Below, one piece after another: positions 47,767-57,348 of a stretch of DNA of 64,000 nt (positions within the stretch are counted from its first letter, which is position 1; every line of letters starts with the position of its first letter). Below the pieces are notes generated by a model that worked only from the letters and a program-made list of their open reading frames with translations, did not search any database and was not told the origin of the DNA. The DNA lies in NCBI GenBank assembly GCA_963790025.1, contig CAWBMP010000005.1:32001-96000 (forward strand). The letters run 5' to 3'. A program made the translations under genes and the position numbers. The DNA comes from Nitrospirota bacterium (GTDB lineage Bacteria; Nitrospirota; Thermodesulfovibrionia; Thermodesulfovibrionales; Dissulfurispiraceae).

Positions 47767-48379
47767 ATTTAAGGACTATTGCCTCGAGAATGTTTGCCAC
47801 GTCCTCACATGCATCGGACGCACTCTCCAGGTATTCGTAAACTTCCTTCCATTTAATAATAAATAGGGGGTCATTGACTTCATCAAAAAGCTTCGCGAGA
47901 GTATCGCGGTAAAGCCTGTCGATCCTGTTTTCAAGGCGATTTATTTCGATACAGTACTCCTGGACAAATGAATATCTTTTGTCCCTCAGGGCTGTAACAG
48001 CCTTGCTCATCATTTCTGTCGTCGTCATTAGTTCCTTCGCCATGGCGACTGCTTCCGGGGTAGGTCTTTGCAGTTTAAAAATCATAAATCGGTCGACGCA
48101 GGCCCATATGATGTCAATTACGTCATCGATCTTTGTAGCCAGGGCATGCAGGTCTTCGCGATCAATCGGCGTGATGAAGGTCTTGTTAAGCTTCTTGATG
48201 ATGTCGTGGGTCATGAAGTCCCCTTCTTTTTCGCATTCCCGGACCTCCTTCGAAATAATCTCAAGATTATCCATGTCCTGGAGTACTGCGACTAAAAGAG
48301 AGGCCCCCTTGATGACATTCCGCGACGCCATGTCAAAGAGTTCAAAAAAATCTGTTTGTTTAGGAAAAAAGAATTTCAT
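47759..48379 (-). CDS. DUF47 family (PhoU-like) Pit accessory protein
   Basis: E.EGD...H.I...LNKTFITPIDREDL, LE...D, KWKEVYEYLE...D.CEDVANILE. Confidence 0.92.
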   Translation of the reverse strand: MKFFFPKQTDFFELFDMASRNVIKGASLLVAVLQDMDNLEIISKEVRECEKEGDFMTHDIIKKLNKTFITPIDREDLHALATKIDDVIDIIWACVDRFMIFKLQRPTPEAVAMAKELMTTTEMMSKAVTALRDKRYSFVQEYCIEINRLENRIDRLYRDTLAKLFDEVNDPLFIIKWKEVYEYLESASDACEDVANILEAIVLKYA

Positions 48380-48801
48380 ATGTGCGATGTCCCGTAGCTT
48401 AATAGATGTTCAAACGGCATGTCAACAACATTTTGCGTGACACAATATTTTGGTTTAGTGTCATACGCATTAAAATTAAAGCCATGTCTTTTTTTGTGTC
48501 TGATAATTTTGATAATCTCCACTTTTGAGATGATCGTTAGAGTGTTGTGTTGCAGGTGATCCTTCCAATAAGTTGCACCCATAGCCATAGAACGTTTCTT
48601 ATTAGTGGCGGTAAATAAGTCTTATAATATCATAATTAAGAACTGCACCGGCTTTGCTTTACTCTTCCAAAGACAAAAGAGATATAAACTAATCTGGTGC
48701 TACGACTAATGCTTGTATAGTACTGCGCCCACCTTTGAGATTTAAATTGCAATTTGAATTAAAGTCCAGGGATAAAGCCACCGGCAGTTTCACTTATCGA
48801 A

Positions 48802-49307
48802 AAAATCACGAAAAATTGTTGACTATGTGATCAATATTCGAGGACACATCCCATCTCTTGACAATGCAACTACATCGTAGAACTATGGGACGTGCCCTGA
48901 ATTCTCAACACATCTTTTTATCGCCATTTTGTTCAAAAACTTTAATCCTCTTCGAGAAAAACAATCCTCTTCTGACCCCCATTAATCGCTGCGAGTACCA
49001 GTTCTTGCCGGTGAAGATAGGGCACGCGTGAGAGACGCGAACCTAAGTGCCCGGCAAAACGGTCGCAATTTATTGAATGCTTTTGACAGTCCCTTGATGC
49101 AATCCAGATAACCCCTGCGCGGAGTTTTTGCAACATGTTCACCGGACCGTCCTAATCCTGTTGGCTTGCATAGAGTTAAAGTCCTGGAGATCACAGAACG
49201 ATGCAATATACGAGTGTATCCATTGGAGGCATTAGACGGGACGCCAGTCCTCGATATTAAGCCGGTTATGCATGCATCGAACAAAATCATGAAAAATTGT
49301 TGACTAT
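48802..49307 (+). repeat. 25-bp direct repeat pair (48802-48826 and 49283-49307)
   Basis: AAAATCA(C/T)GAAAAATTGTTGACTAT, 24/25 identical. Confidence 0.75.
49101..49303 (+). pseudogene. trmO: 3' fragment of tRNA (N6-threonylcarbamoyladenosine(37)-N6)-methyltransferase TrmO/TsaA
   Basis: PLRGVFATCSPDRPNPVGLHRV...LEALDGTPVLDIKP; no upstream start, in-frame TAA at 49109; absent from the ORF track. Confidence 0.8.
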
Positions 49308-49361
49308 TAGCGGTGTTATAGGTGATCATAAATTTTCATATTTTTTGTGCTCCCGAGGGGG

Positions 49362-50261
49362 ATGCGAATGGACATTAGCGAAGCCAGCATCAGGAAGGCT
49401 GAATACATAATAGCTGCAGCAGGACTTCCTCCCTGTCCAAGGATATATTTGGATATAAGCAATGAGGTCAATAAGCCCTTGCCTGACCTTGCGAGGATCA
49501 GCGAGCTTGTCAACAGAGACCTGTCACTGGCCGCCATAATACTTCAAGTAGCAAATTCGCCGTTTTATGGATTGGCAGGCCGTATCGACTCGATCAGCCA
49601 GGCTATAGGAATGCTCGGGTCAAATAATCTTCTCAATATAGTTGTTACCGTGTCACTTCGCAACGTTATCGGAATAGGTGACAGCGACCTGGCCAGGGCA
49701 TTGTGGAGGCATTCCCTTTCCACTGCTATGCTTTCAGCGCACATCGCCCGCAAATCGAAGATAGTCGATGATGCACACGCCTACACAGCCGGGCTGTTTC
49801 ATGACTGCGGAGTGGCCATACTCCTGAAAAAATTTCCCTTATACAGGGAACTCGTCGGACTTGCCCTGGCACCGTCGCCAGTGGAAGGCTTGCCCGGAAA
49901 ATTCGATACGATTATAGGTTTTGAGGTGACAAGGTTTCGTACTAGCCATGCGACTATCAGTTATATTATGGCTAAGACATGGGGATTGTCGGACACCTGT
50001 CTGGCCGCGATCCTGAACCACCATGATGTTGAATGGGCAGTTCGCCAGGAAGCAGTGAATGGACGACTTGCTGCTATATTACATGTCGCGGATTTTCTCG
50101 ATTCGTCCAACATAGTTTTATCAGGAGCACATAACGTAGACAGAAAGGCGTGGCTTGATGAACACAAAGGGACCCTCAACAATATCGATATTGATGAAGA
50201 TAAGTTCGGAGTTCTCGAAGATGAGTCATGCGCCCTCATAAATGACAATGAGTGGTTTTGA
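49362..50261 (+). CDS. HDOD domain protein
   Basis: LPPCP, D..LAA.IL..ANSPFYG...I.SI.QA..MLG, LWRHS, AYTAGLFHD.G, H....Y..A..WGL....AI..HH. Confidence 0.92.
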   Translation: MRMDISEASIRKAEYIIAAAGLPPCPRIYLDISNEVNKPLPDLARISELVNRDLSLAAIILQVANSPFYGLAGRIDSISQAIGMLGSNNLLNIVVTVSLRNVIGIGDSDLARALWRHSLSTAMLSAHIARKSKIVDDAHAYTAGLFHDCGVAILLKKFPLYRELVGLALAPSPVEGLPGKFDTIIGFEVTRFRTSHATISYIMAKTWGLSDTCLAAILNHHDVEWAVRQEAVNGRLAAILHVADFLDSSNIVLSGAHNVDRKAWLDEHKGTLNNIDIDEDKFGVLEDESCALINDNEWF

Positions 50262-51915
50262 TGAAATAAGGAGTATTACCCGCCATCGCACAGTGTTGTT
50301 CGTAGACGATGACCCTTACCTGTGCGAGGCGTTCCGAAGGATATTGTCGCTGTATTTCTCACGAGTCCTAATGGCGGCAGACGGAGGGGAGGGCTTTGAT
50401 ATATTCAGCCGGGAGAAGGTTGATCTCGTGATAACCGACCAGATAATGCCGGTCATGAGCGGACTTGAAATGGTCCGGGAAATCCGGAAAAAGGCTTCAG
50501 ATATTCCGGTCATCCTTTTAACAGGCGGCATGGATGCCGGTGTGCTTGCCGACGCCATTAATCAGGGTGTCAATCAGTTCATACCCAAGCCTGTGGAAGT
50601 TAAGAACCTTCTGGCTGCCATTGCGAATTCCCTGCAGAAAGTGATTCTTGAAGAGCAGAAAGATAACGCCCGGAAAATTGACATTATGAAGGAAAAGGAG
50701 AAGCTCCGCAACCTTCAGGAAAAATTGTCTTTCAACAAGCAGCTGGGCGTCATAAGAAACGATCTGTATTATCGCACTATGCGGACATCCGGGACAGCCG
50801 ATGGTAGTGAGGAGTGGTTTATTAATGCCCGTTTCCGGCCTTATGATATCCTGTCGGGAGATTCTTATTCGATACGCCGGATCGACAAGTCTACTATCTT
50901 CGCTTTTATTATAGACGCCATGGGCAAGGGGGTTGAAGCCTCCGGAAGTGCAACACACGCAACGGCCGTAATCAACCACCTCGTCGATCGGGCGAAGGAG
51001 GAAAATTATTTTTCTTTGAAACAGACAGTCAATGATTTCCTAAGCTTTATTGTTCAGGACCTTCTCGCCGACGAGATGATTTCAATGTCTTTCGTATGTC
51101 TGGATTTCTCCAAAAAAATCCTTGAGGCCGCTCTTTTCTCCATGCCGCCGATATATATGCAGACCGTCGACGGAGGATTAATATCGATTGAAAGCAACAA
51201 TATGCCCATCATGAACTTCACCGGGGACTTCAGGATCGACAATCACGAAATACGAGACGTAAACAAGATTTTATTCTCCAGTGACGGTTTGATTGTCAAA
51301 GATTATCTCGATTACATAAGAGCGGACTTCCTGTCTTCGGCGTTCAAGGTGACATTCGATAGGAAGTTTCAGGAAAGGATAAAGGAAGTTACTGATGATA
51401 TCACCTACGTCATGTTGAAGAGGATCGATTCAGGCCCGGAATGGGAAAGGACCTTTACCGCGAACAGTTGCCTTGAAGACATTATGAGAATGTCTCAGGA
51501 AGTGGAAGGTTGCCTGACCGAGAAGGGATTTGAATGGGGGTTTATCATCGAAATGATGAATGCCTTTTCAGAGGTCATAATGAACGCTTATGAGCACGGC
51601 GCGTTGAATGTGGATGCCATGACAAAAAGGAAGCATGTTTTGCATGGAGATTATGAGGAGTATCTCACGGAGAGGGAAAAAAGCTTTCTGAGCCATATAG
51701 ACGTTTCCCTGGCATTTTATAGGGAGATGACGGAATCTTATTTGCTGATGCGGGTATCAGACCAGGGCAGCGGCTTCGACCCTGTGATCATCAGAGAAGT
51801 TTTACGCAACCCTGAATTGGTCCATGGCAAGGGCATCAAGATGGTAAAGCATCTTGTTGATGAAATCCATTTCAATGATAAGGGAAATGACGTTATTCTG
51901 ATCAAGACGGCATGA
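50242..51915 (+). CDS. Fused response regulator / SpoIIE-type (PP2C) phosphatase / RsbW-like Ser kinase (HsbR-like architecture)
   Basis: REC (VDDD, TDQIMP), LSGDSY, DAMGKG, SSDGL, DDIT, EVIMNAYEHG, DQGSGFD, HGKGI. Confidence 0.85.
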   Translation: MTMSGFDEIRSITRHRTVLFVDDDPYLCEAFRRILSLYFSRVLMAADGGEGFDIFSREKVDLVITDQIMPVMSGLEMVREIRKKASDIPVILLTGGMDAGVLADAINQGVNQFIPKPVEVKNLLAAIANSLQKVILEEQKDNARKIDIMKEKEKLRNLQEKLSFNKQLGVIRNDLYYRTMRTSGTADGSEEWFINARFRPYDILSGDSYSIRRIDKSTIFAFIIDAMGKGVEASGSATHATAVINHLVDRAKEENYFSLKQTVNDFLSFIVQDLLADEMISMSFVCLDFSKKILEAALFSMPPIYMQTVDGGLISIESNNMPIMNFTGDFRIDNHEIRDVNKILFSSDGLIVKDYLDYIRADFLSSAFKVTFDRKFQERIKEVTDDITYVMLKRIDSGPEWERTFTANSCLEDIMRMSQEVEGCLTEKGFEWGFIIEMMNAFSEVIMNAYEHGALNVDAMTKRKHVLHGDYEEYLTEREKSFLSHIDVSLAFYREMTESYLLMRVSDQGSGFDPVIIREVLRNPELVHGKGIKMVKHLVDEIHFNDKGNDVILIKTA

Positions 51916-51974
51916 ATCGAAATGGGTCACTGTTGTATAATTAAAACATATTCAAATATCGGGAAGGAGAGACT

Positions 51975-52271
51975 ATGGAAGTCAGCATTACAGGCAGTTC
52001 CGAGATTACTATAACAGGAGACATCTTTTCTCTTGATCATTATCTCCAGATCAAAAAGGTAATAATGGACCTTGTGACCAAAAACGGTGCCGGTCCACTG
52101 ACTATGCACATAAAAGATTCCGCCTCTATTACTTCTGCTATCATCGGGCTTTTTTTAAGGCTGATCCATGAAAGGCAGGTAAAGCTGTCGGTGGTTGTAG
52201 GCAACCCAAATCTTTTTGAATTGCTGGATATTCTTAAATTGATAGATATATTTCATGTTGCTGAGTTGTAG
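51975..52271 (+). CDS. STAS-like anti-anti-sigma protein
   Basis: 98 aa; ITITGDI, ITSAIIG (DSSGLG-like), LFELLDILKLIDIF; AAGGAG RBS. Confidence 0.7.
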   Translation: MEVSITGSSEITITGDIFSLDHYLQIKKVIMDLVTKNGAGPLTMHIKDSASITSAIIGLFLRLIHERQVKLSVVVGNPNLFELLDILKLIDIFHVAEL

Positions 52272-52316
52272 CCGCTCATCTGCCTGAAGTTGAATGGGTG
52301 CTATGGGGGAGGGACA

Positions 52317-53915
52317 ATGACCATAAAGAGAATGTTGCTTATAATGAGTGCCGTAAACGCTTTTATGCTCGGCCTGATTCTTCTGATTTTCATCATGCAG
52401 AATTCTGCGGTTAGCAGACGACTTGACCATATGATCAATATGGACCAGAGACTACTTTCCAACATGGAAAACATGTATGCATGGGCGCTGCAGACCGAGA
52501 ACTCTCTGAGAAACGTTCTGATAGACACTAAAGACGATACCGCGAGACAGAACTATAAAAATGCAGACGCGGAATTCAGCCGGTTGCTTACTGACTCTGC
52601 AGGCCTCCTGGCAGGCGGGCGCGCTGATTCACTAAAACAGATAGAGCGACTTTGGGGAGAGCAGGAAAAAACCAAAGACGATATTATGACCCTCGCGTCG
52701 GCTGGAAAAAAGGAAGAGGCGGTGCTGAAACTTTCCAAGGAAGAAACGGTGAAATGGCGGGAGTTCAAAAACCTCCTTTTCCCACTGATTAAAGAGCAGC
52801 GTGAGAAATTCAAGTATGCCATCATCCAGAACAATACCCAGACGCGAGAAAATATGATAATCATGATAGCCGCCATCGTGATTTTCTTTTTGTTGTCCTT
52901 GTTCTTTCTGTATGCAACCAGGAAAAAGGTGATTAAACCATTGCACATCCTTACGGACAAGATGGAGCGATTGGCGCTCGGTGATTTGAGAGAGACCGAT
53001 TCAGTCTGCAGCGATGACGAGATGGGTATAATCTGCAGAAGCAGCAATGCAACGGTCGTATCGCTGAGAAAGATGATTGACAAAATAGCAACCGCCAGCA
53101 GGAATGTTGCGTCCGCTGTCGATGTGATAGGGAAGAAGTCGGACGATACCCTTGAGGGTTCCAAGCTGCAGTTTGTTCAGACGGCGATGATATCGGAATC
53201 TACCGATAAAATGATAAAAACCATGGTCAATATAAGCCAGAACTCAAAGTTAGCGACCGCGAGTTCAGCCGAAGCAATAGACGTCGCCGAAAAAGGGAAA
53301 ACAGTATCGGATAGCGCCGTGGAGATGGTCAACACGGTCCATTCGACGACTTCGCAATTGTCGTCGGCTGTAGAACAGCTCGGCGTGCGTGTCCGAGAAA
53401 TAGGGGCCGTTGCCTTAGTTATAAAGGAAATTGCCGATCAGACAAATCTTCTCGCCCTGAATGCGGCGATTGAAGCTGCCAGGGCCGGCGAGCAAGGCAG
53501 AGGATTTGCGGTGGTTGCAGACGAAGTCAGGAAACTGGCTGAAAAGACTATAAGAGCAACTTCCGAAATAGATGAAAAAATTAGCGCCGTCCAATCAGAG
53601 ACTGAAGTTACTACCAGCTCCATGGCTGTGGCATCCAAGCAGGTTTCTGAGGCAACAGAACTCATAACCGAAGTCGGTAGTATACTTGATCATATAGTCG
53701 AGACAGCAAGGAAAGAGAACAGGCAGGTAGAGATCATCGCAGGTGCAGTTGGAGAACATTCTGACAGTTCACTCGATATTACGGTCAATATCGAAAAAAC
53801 ACTGTCCGTTTCAAAGGACATGGAAAACATGGCCGAAGTACTTAAGATCGAAATAAACCGACTGTCCGGTTTGTCTGAGGAACTCAAACTGTCTATAAAG
53901 GATTTCAGGCTTTAG
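52317..53915 (+). CDS. Methyl-accepting chemotaxis protein
   Basis: Two TM helices, [44 protein letters not shown]. Confidence 0.95.
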   Translation: MTIKRMLLIMSAVNAFMLGLILLIFIMQNSAVSRRLDHMINMDQRLLSNMENMYAWALQTENSLRNVLIDTKDDTARQNYKNADAEFSRLLTDSAGLLAGGRADSLKQIERLWGEQEKTKDDIMTLASAGKKEEAVLKLSKEETVKWREFKNLLFPLIKEQREKFKYAIIQNNTQTRENMIIMIAAIVIFFLLSLFFLYATRKKVIKPLHILTDKMERLALGDLRETDSVCSDDEMGIICRSSNATVVSLRKMIDKIATASRNVASAVDVIGKKSDDTLEGSKLQFVQTAMISESTDKMIKTMVNISQNSKLATASSAEAIDVAEKGKTVSDSAVEMVNTVHSTTSQLSSAVEQLGVRVREIGAVALVIKEIADQTNLLALNAAIEAARAGEQGRGFAVVADEVRKLAEKTIRATSEIDEKISAVQSETEVTTSSMAVASKQVSEATELITEVGSILDHIVETARKENRQVEIIAGAVGEHSDSSLDITVNIEKTLSVSKDMENMAEVLKIEINRLSGLSEELKLSIKDFRL

Positions 53916-53951
53916 GGGTACACAGGCGCGTTGATTCGTCAGGTGTCACGG

Positions 53952-54278
53952 TCATTCAGAGAGATATTCTATAAAGCGGAAGGTCTCAAGATCAGGCAAC
54001 ATTGTTTTTCTTTTTTCCAGTCGCTCTTTGTACATCCTTATCGTCTCTTCAATTCCCTTTGTGCCTTCCACGAGTAGGACTCTCACGTATCCCTCGCCTC
54101 TCTCAGTCACGATGCTTTTCATGCGTTCTCTCAGTGTCAGAAAGTAACAATAATAGAAAAGGTCTTCCCCGGCCGGATATCCCCTCTGTTCGACCACCTG
54201 TTTGGCCTTCCTGAGAAAGAAGACCCTTTCAGAGGGTATAAACTCACTCAGGAACTTTTCTTTCAGCACCTCTTTCAT
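53952..54278 (-). CDS. Hypothetical protein
   Basis: 108-aa ORF 6 nt downstream of the preceding minus-strand gene; globular composition. Confidence 0.6.
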   Translation of the reverse strand: MKEVLKEKFLSEFIPSERVFFLRKAKQVVEQRGYPAGEDLFYYCYFLTLRERMKSIVTERGEGYVRVLLVEGTKGIEETIRMYKERLEKRKTMLPDLETFRFIEYLSE

Positions 54279-54284
54279 CTATTG

Positions 54285-55004
54285 TTATTTCCCGGACACG
54301 CTTGTGCCCTCCCGAGTGTTTCTCATCCATAGCGATAGTATGCTTCCTATCATTGCAAACTCTCCAAGAGTGAAGAGTCCCCACCTATATGATAATGGAA
54401 CGTATTGTGAGATGGCTGCCGGCACTTGCAGGTTTTCAGCAGAATTCATAATTCCTCCTGATAACCCTCTCCCCGGAAGCAGTGTCGAGTAGTCAGCGAT
54501 AAACGTAAAAATAATCGTAAGACAGCCTGCAGCAAAAAGTGCGCATTCTGTTCCTCTAATAATAACGTCTCTTTTTTTCTGAACTATCAGAATAGCTAAG
54601 GAAATGGCTATCAGTGTGACTGCGCATATCATCGGTGCTAAAACAGGCGCCACCCATACAACCGGGATCAAAAACAAAACGTCCCACGTGAAAAACGACG
54701 ATGGCCAATCAAGCAGCAGCTTCAACCATAGATAATAAAACAAGTCCCACATGCCAAAACTGAACAGGAATACGGCAACTTTTTCTGTTCGGCAACTCCC
54801 CGCAATAGCTGCGATTGACGCAAGCATCATGATAGTAGCAATTTCGCGAATGCATTCAATCCATAGGGACTGTAGAATGGCAGTCGCCAGGGGGAAATGA
54901 AAGCCGGAGGGATAGTACAGCTGCCGCAGATATACTACCACTGCGGCCTCCACAAATCCCATGGCAGCTGCATAGACCGTAAAAAAAAAGAGGCGTTTAT
55001 ACAT
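54285..55004 (-). CDS. Hypothetical membrane protein
   Basis: Several TM helices; AMGFVEAAVVVYLR, E..RE.AT..ML, FG.WD.FYY.WL, WD.LFLIP..W..PV.AP look like conserved motifs. Confidence 0.75.
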   Translation of the reverse strand: MYKRLFFFTVYAAAMGFVEAAVVVYLRQLYYPSGFHFPLATAILQSLWIECIREIATIMMLASIAAIAGSCRTEKVAVFLFSFGMWDLFYYLWLKLLLDWPSSFFTWDVLFLIPVVWVAPVLAPMICAVTLIAISLAILIVQKKRDVIIRGTECALFAAGCLTIIFTFIADYSTLLPGRGLSGGIMNSAENLQVPAAISQYVPLSYRWGLFTLGEFAMIGSILSLWMRNTREGTSVSGK

Positions 55005-55034
55005 GGGACCCGCCCTTTTCCTGCCACTGTGCGG

Positions 55035-55910
55035 TCATACGCGGAGGTACTTGTTCATCCAAGCCACGCAACGGGCCCAGGCATCTCTGGCTGCATCCGG
55101 CCTGTAACTGGGCCGATAATCAGCAAAGAACGCGTGCGGAGCCCCTGGGTACAACACAAATTCTGCCGTCTTGCCGGCTGTCTTGAGGACGGTCTCCATC
55201 TCTTTTACGTCGGATGCCGGAATACCTAAATCCGCTTCGCCATAAAGTCCCAGGACAGGCGCATTTATCTTGGGAGCAACGTCCAGGGGCCCGACAGTGC
55301 GTATGCCGGGTTTTTTGTCAGGCCTGAGCTGTCCATACCAGGCCACAGCTGCTTTCACCTCGCGGTTATGTGCCGCGTAAAGAAGAGTATACATGCCACC
55401 CCGGCAGAATCCTGTGGCACCGAGCCGGTCGGCGCGCCCGCTAGGATGTTGCCTGGCGTACGCCACTATTGAGTCTAAATCTCCCATGACCCTTGCATCG
55501 GGAACCGAGTCGGCCACCTTTCGCACGGATGGTATATCAGGGAGATGCAAGACGCCCCCCTCACGCGCATAAGGTTCAAAGGTGATACTCAGAAAACCTT
55601 CTTTGGCAAATCGCCGCGTAACATCTTTGATGTGTTCGTGCATTCCAAAAATTTCAGGTATTACCAGCAGGACAGGGTATTTTCCGGTATTTGAGGGGTA
55701 AGCCTCGTAGATTGGGACCTGGAAATCTCCGGAGAGCACCTTACTATCAGCTACATTAATACCGATAGCAGAGGTGGTAATGACCTCGCCGGCAACCGAA
55801 CTGGAAGCCGCTGCGAAGCCCGAGAGGCCGACACCTGCAGCACTTATCCCGGCAAGAAACTGGCGCCGGGACATCCCCTCATATGCGTTTGATAACCAGT
55901 CTTCAACCAT
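55035..55910 (-). CDS. Dienelactone hydrolase family protein with Tat signal
   Basis: SRRQFL, EIFGMHEHIKDVTRR, GFCRGG nucleophile elbow, YGEAD.GIP, HAFFADYRPSY. Confidence 0.92.
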   Translation of the reverse strand: MVEDWLSNAYEGMSRRQFLAGISAAGVGLSGFAAASSSVAGEVITTSAIGINVADSKVLSGDFQVPIYEAYPSNTGKYPVLLVIPEIFGMHEHIKDVTRRFAKEGFLSITFEPYAREGGVLHLPDIPSVRKVADSVPDARVMGDLDSIVAYARQHPSGRADRLGATGFCRGGMYTLLYAAHNREVKAAVAWYGQLRPDKKPGIRTVGPLDVAPKINAPVLGLYGEADLGIPASDVKEMETVLKTAGKTAEFVLYPGAPHAFFADYRPSYRPDAARDAWARCVAWMNKYLRV

Positions 55911-56064
55911 ACACACTCCTTATCTTCGATTTATAATGACAGGATTATCCTCTCAATAACTTAATTATATCAAGAAGTGGTTCAGTTGCATTTTTATTTT
56001 TGAGGGTATAACGCACAACAGGCTATAGTGCACCTGCCGGAATGCATTAATGTATGCGTGAAAG

Positions 56065-56442
56065 TTATTTATGGGAAGACTTTTCGCTTGTTTCTTTTGC
56101 GTCTTTAGCGTTTTGTATGAGCGTCAGCGCCGCTTTGCAGTAACACGTGCCTTCCGGAAGCTTGCAGTTACCGGCTTTTTTTTGCCTGACAGGCTCCTCG
56201 GGCTGTTCGATAAGCGCCATTTTATCGCATACATCGTCAAAAAGGAATGCAAACTCCTCAGGTAATTTTCTTTTTTCAGATGCGTGGGCGCTCTCAAATT
56301 CTATGAAGCCGTCGATGATCGCCTGGGCAGTCTTTGCGAAAGCTGCACAGGTGCGGCAGAGCGGATCGTTTTCCTGGTTTACCATTGTTCCGACCGCAAA
56401 ATGAAATCCCCTCAATTGATTGATGGTCCGTTCATTGTTCAT
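56065..56442 (-). CDS. Hypothetical Cys-containing protein
   Basis: AGGAGG RBS; CRTC and C-x6-C-x-C clusters. Confidence 0.6.
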   Translation of the reverse strand: MNNERTINQLRGFHFAVGTMVNQENDPLCRTCAAFAKTAQAIIDGFIEFESAHASEKRKLPEEFAFLFDDVCDKMALIEQPEEPVRQKKAGNCKLPEGTCYCKAALTLIQNAKDAKETSEKSSHK

Positions 56443-56601
56443 TGCCGACTCCTCCTTTCATGCAGTCAGTAGAAAGTTGTAAAGTTTCTAAAGGACAACG
56501 CTCTCAGTTTTTTTACCTGTATGTTTTTCTGATGTAAGCTTGTTTTATTATACAAAAATCGACCGATAAAATCATGCAGGCAAATTGTGATATAATTATC
56601 T

Positions 56602-57348
56602 ATGCAACCGCTGAATACTGCTGAGCTTAGCCCTCTTGTTGCGGAAAGAATCGGCCCTTTTTTCGGGGAAGTGCAGAGGGGCTATCCTGATGGAATCCAT
56701 TCGCTGCATATTGTGGGCAGCGCGGTTACCCCTGATTTCAGGGAAAAAGGCTCGGTTATCCATTCCGTTATTCTTCTCCATGCGATTGACTTTGGTTTTA
56801 TCCAGTTCATTTCGGCCCTCGGGAAAAATTATGGGAAGAAAGGGATTGCAGCACCCCTTATCATGACTCCGCATTATATCCGGGATTCTCTCGATGTCTT
56901 CCCCATAGAATTCCATGACTTTCAGCTTATCCATAAGACTGTCGCAGGAGAGGACATATTCAGGGATCTTGTAATCGGCAAGAACTTTCTGAAACTTCAG
57001 TGTGAGCGCGAAGTAAAAGTCAGACTTATCGGAATACGCCAGAGCTATGTCACCTCTCTCGGCGACAAGGCGCGTCTTGCGGAAATTCTTTCGCATTCTG
57101 TTATAGGCTGTATGCCGCTCATCAGGGCTGTTCTTTTTCTGCTTGATAAGGAGCAGCCGGTTAAAAGGCATGAGGCCATCAGGGAGTTTCAGGCCCTGAC
57201 TTCGATAGATGCCGGCATTTTTGAGCGGCTCCTTCAGTTGCGGGCCGGGCTTATAAAACCTTCAAAGGAAGAACTCCACAATATTTTCGAGCGTTATCAT
57301 ACGGTGCTGGAAAATGTGGACGCTTTTATCGATGCGATCAGGGTTTAA
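56602..57348 (+). CDS. Hypothetical protein with nucleotidyltransferase-like N-terminus
   Basis: IVGSAVTPDF...SVIHSVILL, APLIMT..YI..SLDVFPIEF, LQCERE; first gene of the TPM-LemA unit. Confidence 0.65.
   Translation: MQPLNTAELSPLVAERIGPFFGEVQRGYPDGIHSLHIVGSAVTPDFREKGSVIHSVILLHAIDFGFIQFISALGKNYGKKGIAAPLIMTPHYIRDSLDVFPIEFHDFQLIHKTVAGEDIFRDLVIGKNFLKLQCEREVKVRLIGIRQSYVTSLGDKARLAEILSHSVIGCMPLIRAVLFLLDKEQPVKRHEAIREFQALTSIDAGIFERLLQLRAGLIKPSKEELHNIFERYHTVLENVDAFIDAIRV

Noticed and set aside
48420..48465. PHO-box-like TGTCA repeats upstream of DUF47-pit
   Set aside because: Not in the 11-bp direct-repeat register
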